Assembly: GCF_000143415.4 (NCBI RefSeq)
Contig: NW_003314290.1
Coordinates: 1,726,454 to 1,790,453 of the forward strand
Source: Selaginella moellendorffii
Taxonomy: Eukaryota; Plantae; Lycopodiophyta
Length of the DNA stretch: 64,000 nucleotides
Reading direction: 5' to 3'
Part shown: piece after piece, positions 11,866 to 22,345 of the stretch
How the letters are laid out: each line of letters begins with the position of its first letter
Numbering within the stretch: position 1 is the first letter of the stretch
Made by a program: the position numbers and the translations under genes
Notes under the pieces: generated by a model
What the model was told of the DNA's origin: nothing
The model's input: the letters and a program-made list of their open reading frames with translations, nothing else
Database searches by the model: none

Positions 11866-14800
11866 TGTAGGAATAATGATGAACATGACAAGCAAGACGA
11901 TTCATATCAGAAGCAGTCCGAATCGTGATCAGATCTCTAGTGATTTCCAATTTGATTGAAGTTGTATATATATACAGCCATATATGAATCAACGCGTGTG
12001 TTGAAGTGAAATCCGTTGTTCTTGCTCCGCTTTTCTTTCATGGTATCGGAGCTCAGTTTCTGAACTCTTTCTTCTCCTTTCTTTGTGCCTCACATCATGA
12101 GCTGCAGCAAAGTTGGATTGATCTTGCTTCAGGGAGTCACTGCCTTTGATGGGAGGAGAGGGTTGAACACCTGGTCCGAGAAAATGATGCGCGTGCTGCA
12201 GATGGAAGAACTCTGGGAAATCGTTTCACCACTGACAATTGCTGCAGATGCTTGTACGCGGCAAGCCCCTGCTGCGTTGGGAGCTTCAACTTTGGTGGAA
12301 GGAGAAGTCATGGATGAAGAGGCAATTCGTGCCTCTGTTGCAGCAGCTCGACAACAGCTTGATCCAGGGGAACAAGCTGCGCTGGAGAAGAAGGAATCTT
12401 GAGCAAAAGGATTGATTCTTTCTAAGCTTGCAGATTATGATGCGTTTGCATCATAAGAGTGCTTGTGAGATCTGGGCTCATCTCCACAACAAGTATGCTG
12501 TTCTTTCCCTCTCCAAGATCAGCATGGTTGAGACTTGCATTCATGAGACCCGTTTTCATCCAGGCGAGAACTTTGAAGAGTTCCTCGCCAAGATGCAAGA
12601 TCTGTGGATGGAGCTTGACTTGAAGGCAGTCCAGCGGCATTCAACAAAAGCAAAAAAGTTCTGGCACTTTGCGAGGCCATGCAAGATTCTTCTTTTAGTT
12701 CTTTTGTCCCTACCGTTCGCATGATGTCGCTCAACTTTGAACAAGCTGAGCAAACTTTATGCTCGGAGCTGGCTGCGAGAGGTTTGATTATGGACTTTGA
12801 TCAGAGGCCTTCCCATGTTTTGATCTCACAGTCTACATCAAATGTTTCTGCATCAAGCAATCAGTCAGGGACTGATTCAGCTTTATGGGCTGGAAATCAT
12901 CTAGGCAGAGGAGGTCGCGGAAGAGGAGGACGAGGCAGAGGTCGCAGGTTTAGGGGAAATCCACAGCAGCAGCAGAATTCAAGGAATTCTGGTAAAGAAG
13001 CAGCAGTTTGGGATTGTTTTGTGGGCAAGAACAAACAGGAATGCTGGACCTGTGGGATGCCAGGACACTACTCCAAGGATTGCCCAGTTGCAGCTTGGCT
13101 GTAGCGCATGAACATAAGGCTCGCAGCAAATTCTCAGGAAGGGGAAACACAGGAACTTGCGGCATCATTTGAGGTAGTAGTTCCAAATGTTTCTGAAAAA
13201 CTGACCATTGATTTAGGTTCAGAGAGACACCTGATGCAAAGCGGGTCAAACTTTGTGTAGTTGCGTGCTGCAAAAGGGAAGTGCATTGGTGTGGGAGATG
13301 GAAGCATTTTACCTATTCGCACAACTAGGGATGTGTGAGTTCCACTAGGAAGAAAGTCTCTGCTCTTGAAGAATGCGTGGTATGTTCCAAAGATAGTGAA
13401 GAATCTGGTTTCTGTAGCCAGGCTTATGGATGAAGGTTTGGATGTCAATTTCTCCAAACATCAATGTCAAGTTCTTGCAAATGGTCGTCCATTACTGCAT
13501 TTTCCCAGATGTGGTAACCTGTTTGAGAAGGAGATAGCTTCTGGAGAAAAATCGAACGCTCCTGAGATATGCATGACTGTAGATAGTTCTCTCTGGCATT
13601 CTCGACTTGCACATGCCAATCCCTCTCTCATGAGGTGTATGCAGAAGCAGGAGCTTGTGGATGGCTTCAACGACCACATTTTTCAAAGTTCAGCAAAATG
13701 TCACACTTGCATTCTTGGCAAGCAAACCTGTCATACTTTCAAACCTACTATGATCAGAAGCACTCATCCCTTGCAGCTCATTCACTCAGATGTTTGTGGA
13801 CCCATGCGACTGTTTGCTCAGAATGGTGCAAAGTATTTTGTGATGTTTACAAATGATTTCTCCAGGCACACGAACGTCTTCTTTCTTCATCACAAAGATG
13901 AAGTCTTCAGCAAATTCAAGCAATTCGTAGCAGAAGCCGAAATGAAAACTGGTTAGAGGGTTGGTTGTTTATGTACTGATTTAGGAGGGGAATACGTCAA
14001 CAAGTCCTTTCAGCAGTTTTGTGTTGAACAAGGAATTCTTCATCAGCACTCTTGCTCTTATACCCCTCAATAGAATGGAGTCTCTGAGCGCAAGAACAAG
14101 ACAATCATGAACGCAGTTCGGTGCTTCCTTCAAGAATCAGGACTACCAAAATTCCTCTGGGCTGAAGCAGTTGGATCAGTTGTGCACATTCAAAACCTTC
14201 TCCCTCATTCTTGCAATCCCAACAAGATCCTAGAAGAGCTTTGGACTGGTCAAAGACAATCAGTGGTGCATCTCAAGTGTTTTGGTTGTTTAAGCTTTGC
14301 AAAAAGGGTGGATGAGCATCTCGGCAAGTTGGAGAGCAGAAGCAAGCCAGCCTTTCTTATTGGATATGATTCCAATTCAAAAGGATATCGCCTGTACCAG
14401 CCTGGTAATCATCAAATTTTTGTAAGCACTGACGTTCGTTTTGATGAAGGAACACTCTACAAAGATCGTGTTCAAGAAGTAGGAAGCTTAGATCAAAACA
14501 TGAACTAGACTCCAAAAGAATGGAGTTGGGATGGTGTTGAAGACAATGATGAAGATGACGATGATTTGACAATCATCTATCCCTCATCTCCTTCAGCAGA
14601 CAACCATCCAACACCAGTCTCTGGATCTTTTTTCCTAAAGAACAGGGCGCTGCTACTCATTGTGCATGAACTGGAGAAGTCGACAGGCTCACACGTGATC
14701 TACTATTCAACATGGAGAACTATGGGCAGAAATCATTTGGACGATCAAGCAGAGCACCTCATCCTAAGTAGTGGTCTTTTGCAGCAACAGAAATAGCTTC

Positions 14801-17286
14801 TAAACCAATCAACTTTGAGCAGGTGATTCAAGCTCCTGATGTAGATAAGTGGATTTCAGCAATGCAAGATGAGTTGAATTCTCTTGATGAGAACCAGACT
14901 TATGACTTGGTGGAAACTCCTGAAGGACATGAAGTTGTTGGATCATGCTGGGTGTTCAAGCTTCACAGAAATCCTGATGGATCAGTATAGCGCTACAAAG
15001 TAAGACTTGTTACTCAAGGATATTCACAAGTTCCTGGAGTGGATTTTGATGAGACGTTCTCACCAATTGTGAAGCAAACAAGTATTAGAACGCTTCTGGC
15101 TTTTTCAACGGAGTTTGGTTTGTGCGCACATCACATGGACATAAAAACAGCCTTCCTTAATGGGAACTTGAAGGAGGAGATATTTATGCGGCAACCCCCA
15201 GGCTTTGAGCTTTTCGGATCACGGTGCTCCAAACTCGTCAGTGTAGCGCATGTGATCATGGGATGAGATTTGGATATACTGTCACCGTGGATCCTTGGAA
15301 CCTTGGGGGATAAGTGGGGATAAAATAACCACTAAGGGCTCTCTCATCAAGCAATTGCCCCTTTTCCAGTTGGCTTAAGGGGAGAGAGATAAGGTGTGCT
15401 ACAGTTGGTATCAGAGCAAATGGCACGGGTTCAATTCCCATTGATTAGTGGCTACTTAAAATATAATATACCCTTGAGCAAGGTATATTCCTACCCCTAA
15501 ATTTGAAATCGTACGTATTGGGCATCCATGCGTACGTCCTTCCTCTTGTGTGGAGTATCCACAGACGAAGGTATCCACCGTGGGACTGCGGTACGGGTGG
15601 ATGACTAGTTGCCTCACATGGAATAACTGGTCTACACCCTCACATGGAATAACTGGTCTACACAATGGAAGGATTGGTAGATTGAGTGCGGAAATGGAGG
15701 TGCTGGTTCCCCTTGGCTCAGTAGGGGTTGCTAGTCAATAGTCAATGAGGACATTGACATCTCTGAAGAGGGTACAACCCCTAGTCAATAGTCAATGAGG
15801 ACATTGACATCTCTGAAGGGGGGGTGAGTGTATGGGATGAGATTTGGATATACTATCACTGTGGATCCTTGGAACCTTGGGGGATAAGTGGGGATAAAAT
15901 AGCCACTAAGGGCTCTCTCATCAAGCAATTGCCCCTTTTCCAGTTGGCTTAAGGGGAGAGAGATAAGGTGCGCTATAGTCTGCAAGCTTTGCAAGGCTCT
16001 TTATGGCCTTAAGCAGGCTTCCTGTCAATGGTATGAATGTTTGGATTCTTTTCTTATGGATCTCGGTATGCAGAGGTTGAACAGCAATGGAAATCTATAT
16101 CTTCTTCAGCAGGGTGATCACTTTGTTGTGATAGCAGTTTATATGGACGACTGTTTGATTGTCAGCAACAATGACACTGTTTTGAAGGATGTGAAGATCA
16201 AGCTTATGGACAGGTTTGTGATGAAGGACTTAGGAGCTGTGCGGCAGCTGTTAGGGATGGAAGTTGACAAGGATGAAGCAAACAGGACAATCACCCTCAC
16301 ACAGTGCTAATATGTGAAGAAGCTTCTCAACCAGTTCAACATGACAAGTTGCAAATCCGTGGCTACGCCAGTCATCATTGGCATCAAGTTCACAAGCAAG
16401 ATGGATGATTTATTTGATTAGCCCTTAGTCTACCAATTGCTTGTTGGAGGACTACTCTACCTCGCCAACATAACTCACCCCAACATCTCCTTTGCCGTTG
16501 GTCTCCTCAGCCGATACATGCAGTCTCCAAGTTGTTATCATTGGTAGATGGCGAAGAGAGTTTTGAGGTATTTGAAAGGAATAGCTGCTCATGGACTGGT
16601 TTACAAATGCTCAGGTCAGTCCAAACTTGTTCTTCAAGCTTACTGCGATGCAGATTGGGCTGGCAACTTGGATACACGACATTCAACCTCCGGAATTTGC
16701 TGCATAATTGCTGGTGCTCCGGTTTCATGGGGAAGCAAGAAGCAAACGACGGTTGCTCTTTCCAGTGCAAAAGCAGAGTACGTAGCTGCCAGTACAGCAG
16801 CAAAGGAGATCATTTGGCTTCGTCAATTACTTGGAGAACTCAATCAACAATAATCAGATGTGACCATTCTGCATTGCGACAGTAGAAGTGCAATTGCCAT
16901 GTCAAAGAATCCTGTGTTTCATGCTCGTACAAAACATATAGACGTGCAGCATCACTTCATTCGCAAACGTGTAGCAGCTGGAGATCTTCACCTGGAATAC
17001 ATTCCTTCACAGTATCAATTGGCAGACCTTCTAACCAAGCCACTTTCGGAGCTCACATTCATCAAGCTAAGGAATCAACTTGGAGTGTCAAGCACCCTCA
17101 GCTTGAAGGGGGAGTGTAAGAATAATGATGAACACAACAAGCAAGACGATTCATATCAAAAGTAGTCTTCATATCCAAGTCTTGTGATTTCCGATTTGAT
17201 TGAAGTTGTATATATATATATAGCCATATATGAATCAATGCGTGTGTTGAAGTGAAATCCATTGTTCTTGCTCCGCTTTTCTTTCA
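11866..17286 (+). mobile_element. Ty1/Copia LTR retrotransposon (full length, degenerate)
   Basis: LTRs 11866-12040 and 17115-17286 (TG..CA). PBS tggtatcggagc at 12041 and PPT gaagggggag at 17105-17114. Domain order gag zinc knuckle (CWTCGMPGHYSKDC), GAG-pre-integrase, integrase (HSDVCGP), RT (YMDD), RNase H (DADWAG, CDSRSAI). TSD gcagc/gtggc. Confidence 0.95.
15242..15977 (+). mobile_element. TRIM-like non-autonomous LTR element nested in the Copia RT
   Basis: Terminal direct repeats 15242-15403 and 15829-15977. PBS tggtatcagagc at 15406 and purine tract before 15829. Non-coding interior of about 425 bp. TSD gtcag/gtctg. Splits the Copia RT at SKLV|CKLCKALYGLKQ. Confidence 0.85.
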
Positions 17287-18379
17287 GTGGCCCCATTTGC
17301 AACCCTGTTAACCAGACTTGTGATGGCGATCTAGGAGATACCACCCTTTCTTGCCCAATTCCCGATTGTGAGCCCGCCCAAGAGCGGGTAAAATGCACAA
17401 TTCAGCACCCCCGTTTATTTAGGGTGGCACTATTTGCTTATTTAGATTTACATGCCACTTCATTACTTACACTTCATTATTATAAATTAAAGATTCTCAA
17501 TAAGATAAGAAATACTATCTGAGCATGATTTATATATTCAGAATGCCACCGCCCACAACCAGGTATCAGTACTTCACTTGCTCGCTGCAAGAGCAACCTC
17601 TTAGTTTCACGGCTTTCTAAGAAGATGGGCACCACATGGGCGCCCGCGGACTTTGGATTCTCAAAGCTCATCGACAAGGACAAGACTCACGTTGTGACGG
17701 TGGGATACATGGCTCCAAGTGGCTCCATTCTCGTGTCACGGACAAGACCGACGTGTTCCAAAACCCCTCCGGAGATCATGGGGGTATGGTGGAATCTTTG
17801 GTTCCAACCTGAAGTGTGCCGGGATTCGCGACAAGCGGCACCCCACGATGCTATAGCTATGGAATCGGCCTCCTGGTGTTTGCAGCATAAAGGCCGTGGA
17901 GTGTTCCTTGGACTCGGACTCGCAGATGGACGTCGTGTTGCTCGCCCAGACCGCTTTCAACAAGCTCCACAATGGAAACTCCGTAGTCTACAACCAACTG
18001 CTCAAAGCCGAGGATGGTTTCTTTGAGTGGCTTTTGAGTACATCGTCCAGATCGGGCTATGATCAGGAGGATCCCTTGCAGCGACCAGTTGTGATGAAGC
18101 TTCTCGAGGGTGCCATGGATGTGTTGGCGTTCCCTCAGCTGGAGAGACCTGCTGCACAGGCTTCGTCCCTCCTCATGAGCAGCAGTGCAAGTTCAGGAGT
18201 ATAAATCTCTATCTCAGACTTGGCTCGCTAAAAAGGCGTTTTTACAAACAAGGAAACTTTGCAAGAAGAATTTATTCCATAGCAGGTGGTAGAAATGCTT
18301 GTGCAAGATAAAAAATACTTATTTTCTTTTTAGTAAAGCATATATAAGAGAATTTGTTTCCAACCAAATACTGTTTTAA

Positions 18380-19096
18380 TTACCCACCGTATTTGTTCTT
18401 GTAGTCAGTCCACAAATCCTGTACGCTCTTTCCAAGCAAATCACTGAACACAGACTCACTCCACGCACCATTTGCAAGCCTCGCATTTATCTGCCACACA
18501 AAATCTCCCCGGAGGCTATTGCAGTAATCAAAGAAATAGGCAGTAACATCGTAGCCCTGGTCCCAGCGATCACCACCGCCCGGCTTCACCCAGTGAGATG
18601 GAGCGAGCCCGGCTTTGAGCCGGACATAATCAGCCACTCCTTCAGTCACTCCACTGGGAGTTCCTTGCCCAAAGTACTGCCAGACGTGAGCCATCTCGTG
18701 GTATATTACCCCTTTGATCCCCTCGTAGTTATCGGCAGATGGAGCATTAAATTGGATCTGGAACTCGCCGGGACTGCCCGTCCCAAATGTGATAGCAACC
18801 GCACCCTGCTGGAGCTGCTTCTCGACCGTGAAGACAACCTTTGTCACTAGTTTTGTGGGAACACCGTCGAGACCATAGTGCAACAGCGACGGGATGAAGT
18901 TGATTGCATCGCCCAGGACTTTGAAGGCCCCGGAGATCCCCATCACCGAGTTGAAGCGCTTGCCACCGTCGGTGTCCTCGGCATTGTTTGCTCCGACGAG
19001 GGCAATGTCTGCATGGACACGGGACGTGATAACGAGAACAAGGGACAAGCAGCTCAAAAGACGTGCAGTGGAAACTCTCAGACAAGTTTGCGTCAT
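18380..19096 (-). CDS. Basic secretory protein / PR-17 (NtPRp27-like) HExxH peptidase-like protein, 238 aa, intronless
   Basis: Signal peptide. GVIYHEMAHVWQ, EGVADYVRLKAGLAPSHWVKPGGGDRWDQGYDVTAYF are typical BSP/PR-17 motifs. First ATG at 19096. Confidence 0.92.
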   Translation of the reverse strand: MTQTCLRVSTARLLSCLSLVLVITSRVHADIALVGANNAEDTDGGKRFNSVMGISGAFKVLGDAINFIPSLLHYGLDGVPTKLVTKVVFTVEKQLQQGAVAITFGTGSPGEFQIQFNAPSADNYEGIKGVIYHEMAHVWQYFGQGTPSGVTEGVADYVRLKAGLAPSHWVKPGGGDRWDQGYDVTAYFFDYCNSLRGDFVWQINARLANGAWSESVFSDLLGKSVQDLWTDYKNKYGG

Positions 19097-19183
19097 TGTT
19101 GATCGCAAAAATCAATATCGTATGACGAACTGAGAGAGTTAGGGGTTTATGTATGAAGTGTTTGTACGCGGTTATGGCTGCGA

Positions 19184-19355
19184 AGTCAACGTCTTTTTGA
19201 CTACGCGGATTTGGCTTCGACGCGGCACTATACGACTGCAACATGGAAAAATCCGTGAGCCCGGGTTGACTTCTAGTGTGCGTGATGACCAACTACACCA
19301 CCCAGACTGTGACACTAAGTTAACTCATTTACAATGCGAAAACAGTTGGAGTCAA
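19184..19355 (-). promoter_or_regulatory. W-box cluster upstream of the BSP/PR-17 gene
   Basis: TTGACT on either strand at 19184-19189, 19197-19202, 19266-19271 and 19350-19355. Three of them are also present upstream of the second copy (about 41228-41305). Confidence 0.55.
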
Positions 19356-19478
19356 GTATTTCTGCTGATTACCTTTATTATTTTAGAAGATATTAATACC
19401 AGAATATTAGAGTCACTAAGCTGATTTCTTTTCCAGAGATATTTCTTGTGGGACGTGTTTCAATATGGTGGTGTAAGA

Positions 19479-19795
19479 TTACAGACTGCTGGAGCTGAAG
19501 TTAAGGGATTCAGGTGGTCGCAAGCTGAAGTTTCTCAAGCTACCCTCACTTGAAGGTGGTGGCAACTCAAGAACATCTACGCTACCATCGAGCATATCCA
19601 ATACGTTTCTCATGGAGGGTCGCATTGCTGTTCGGCTTGGATACACCACAATCCAATCTTCAGGTATCTCTCGGCATCCTTGAAATCCAAGCCACTGCTG
19701 CTGGCGATATCGTTGTTTAGATTATTGACAAAGAGCTTCTCGTCTATGAGCTCCACAACTTTGCCACTGTAAAACATGCTCAATGCGGCTGTACC
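19479..19795 (-). pseudogene. 3' remnant of kiwellin-RLK-A
   Basis: Matches 41454-41768 (GTAALSMFYSGKVVELIDEKL..GLWCIQAE). Has a 1-bp deletion and is truncated at a deletion junction at 19795. Confidence 0.9.
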
Positions 19796-20435
19796 TCCTC
19801 GCCAAGGACAGGTCCCTGCCTTGGGCATCCAGGCTCTCCATCGCGCTCGACGTTGCCCGGGGGCTCGCCTATCTCCACGAAGGATGCCGCGAGAAGATAC
19901 TCCATCTAGACATCAAGCCCCAGAACATCCTCCTGGACGAGAAGATGGGGGCCAAGATCGCCGATTTTGGATTCTCCAAGCTCATTGACAAGGAGAAGAC
20001 TCACATCGTGACCGTCATGAGGGGCACGGTGGGATACATGGCTCCCGAGTGGCTCCACTCTCGTGTCACGGACAAGACGGACGTCTATAGCTTTAAAATC
20101 GTCCTCCTGGAGCTTGTTTGCAACATAAAGGCTGTAGAGTGTTCCTTGGACTCGGACTCGCAGATGGACGTTGTGTTCCTCATCCAGACCGCTTTTAACA
20201 AGCTCCACAGTGGAAATGCCATGGACTTGGTGGACGATCGGCTGCTCAAAGCCGAGGACGGTGGTGGTTTCTCCTTGAGTGGCTTCGAGAACATCGTCCG
20301 GATCGGGCTATGGTGTGCGCAGGAGGATCCCTTGCAGCGACCAACGATGTCTGTGGTGGTGAAGATGCTTGAGGTTGGCATGGATATGTTGGCGTTGCCT
20401 CAGCTGAAGAGACCCGGTGCACAGGATTCATCACT
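19796..20435 (+). pseudogene. 3' remnant of kiwellin-RLK-B (kinase C-terminal part only)
   Basis: Matches 44773-45400 (LSIALDVARGLAYLHEGCREK..HLDIKPQN). Promoter, ectodomain and N-lobe are missing. Confidence 0.88.
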
Positions 20436-20604
20436 TTCGTTTCTATATATTTAGATTCCTCAACGAGAAACCAGAAGGTACTATTTTTTACAAAATTCAC
20501 AAATATACCATTTTATATAGCTGTATAAATATCAAAACACTCCACACATTGTGTTTATCTACTATTACATGCAAACAAGCTCCATGGATTTCAATCTAAA
20601 AACA

Positions 20605-20800
20605 TTAGGATAGCCAAATCCCCATTGAGAATCCCAGAGCCATGCAAGTTAAAAAGAGCACAAGAGAAGTAGGAGATTGGTGACTTTTAGCCATGAATTG
20701 AATGCAGTGCTGCTATTGCATGTGATTGGTGATGTTGGAGGAGCTTGTTTCCGCCCATGCTTGGTCTTGTGTGAAAACCATTTGGTGCTAAATGGTTTTC
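20605..20800 (-). pseudogene. Inverted 5' fragment of the 3D-domain gene and its promoter
   Basis: gagaatcccagagccatgcaag...ttttagccatgaat is the reverse complement of about 1495-1570. Confidence 0.7.
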
Positions 20801-21036
20801 TATCACTCTTGGTGAGCAGCAGCCTTAGTGTCAGACTTGGCTCGCTAGAAATGATTATTGAATTCACCTCCCACAAGCTGGGAAATCACATGCTATCAGA
20901 TGCATTCTATTACCTCAGCTCCAAAATAAATACTTAGACTAGAATATTTGTATTGACTGGAGTATATTTATGCAGGAGACACTTTTGTGGCTACCATGAC
21001 TTTCATGAATAGTTATCTATTTAATATGATTGCATG

Positions 21037-22061
21037 GAATATGGAAATGGAATGCATTAATTAACCCAAAAACTCTAATTTATATATAGGAACGAGTGGT
21101 CCAAATTAAAATTAATTCGATAGCTAATATTAGTATACAACATTGACTTCATATCATCCCCTCCTCTTGGAATGATGGAAGACAATCAAAGTTCTATTAT
21201 GGATAAGCTAGGATCTGGAGGAACATCAAGAGGAGGCATTGGTGCATTTGTAAGTGGTGTTAGTTATTCTTGATCCCTTTGTATAAAGTGTTTTAACTAT
21301 TACATATGCATAATTTTTGAAGGATCGACCTATTGGATATCATGCTGAACCTCATAAAATTGCCATCTAATTTGCCACAACACCAAATACAGTCCCTTTC
21401 ACTAAGCAATGATCCTTTTAAACAAATTTTATACTGTAAGATTGGGAAAATGGATTAACATGAAATCATCCACTTTGTATTTTACATATGGATGATGATA
21501 GAAGTTGTAGTGCCATTGTTGTCTCATTTGTACATGGCTAAATATTCAATAGACTCTATTTGGATAAGTGGAAGAATGCTCATTAAATCCTTTTAGACAA
21601 AACATATACCGTAAGATTAAGAAAACAAACTAATAGGATGCAAAGATTGGTAGCAAGAGTAAGAGTTATACCATATGTCGTGAATGCCACTATAACATTG
21701 AGCAATTGCACCAACTGCTATTCCAAAGTCAAAGGAGGAGGAGGTTGTTACTGTACCATGAAGATAAACAAAAAGAAAAAAAGAAAAGAAAAAAATTTGA
21801 AAAAGTTATAAGGAAAGGAGGATTTAGACAATGCAAAAGTTAAATCGAAATTAAATTCCCAAATCTAAACACTCCTTAGAGACAATCAAAACTACTTCTC
21901 AACTCCACATATGTGAGTGCATAGAATATGGAAATGGAATATAAAAATGTGTATATCAATTAACCCACAAACCCTAGCCTATATACAAAAGTTAATGGTC
22001 TAGATTAAAACCAATTCAACAGCTATCAAAACTTTACTTTGATAATATTAGTATACAACAT
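21037..22061. repeat. Degenerate direct repeats (about 21037-21141 and 21924-22061), possible old small LTR element
   Basis: Both copies read gaatatggaaatggaat...aattaaccc..tatata..attaaaa..aattc..agcta..tattagtatacaaca. A pyrimidine tract follows the first copy. Confidence 0.4.
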
Positions 22062-22212
22062 TGTAGCAATACATTGGACCTCATAAAACTAGTATATAAA
22101 ACACAAAAATCAATAATGATAAATAACCTTTATCAGAAGAGAAAATAGATCCTATACTATTCAAAAACCATTGGAAAAATATTGGTTGACCAAATAAAGC
22201 TTAGCATCCATA

Positions 22213-22345
22213 GCAATGCATGGCTCTTATAAAAGCTTGCTCTGAGGTCATAGAAGAATTCTGTAATCAGCAATACTACATTCAAATTCATGGCTAAAAT
22301 CACTTATCTTCCGCTCTTTTTAGCTTGCCTGACCAGTGGAGGCAC
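22213..22345 (+). pseudogene. Promoter and 5' fragment of the 3D-domain gene (another remnant at about 9220-9250)
   Basis: gcaatgcatggctcttataaaag..gaggtca..ttcatggctaaaatca..tcttccgct matches 1420-1530 and directly abuts the XPB fragment. Confidence 0.7.

Larger units (their letters stand above)
11741..18230 (+). pseudogene. Kissper-kiwellin RLK-B paralog pseudogene interrupted by a Copia element, with internal deletions and insertions
   Basis: MDHRSISLGLVVVLITSFASSTAQQFSSFCNKRCD at 11741-11865 resumes after the Copia (PICNPVNQTCDGD..LSCPIPDCEPAQ, 17287-17385). Broken kinase fragments follow to about 18230. Confidence 0.82.

Noticed and set aside
15242-15977. Cassandra-type TRIM carrying 5S rRNA sequence
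   Set aside because: No recognisable 5S A/C-box sequence in the terminal repeats.
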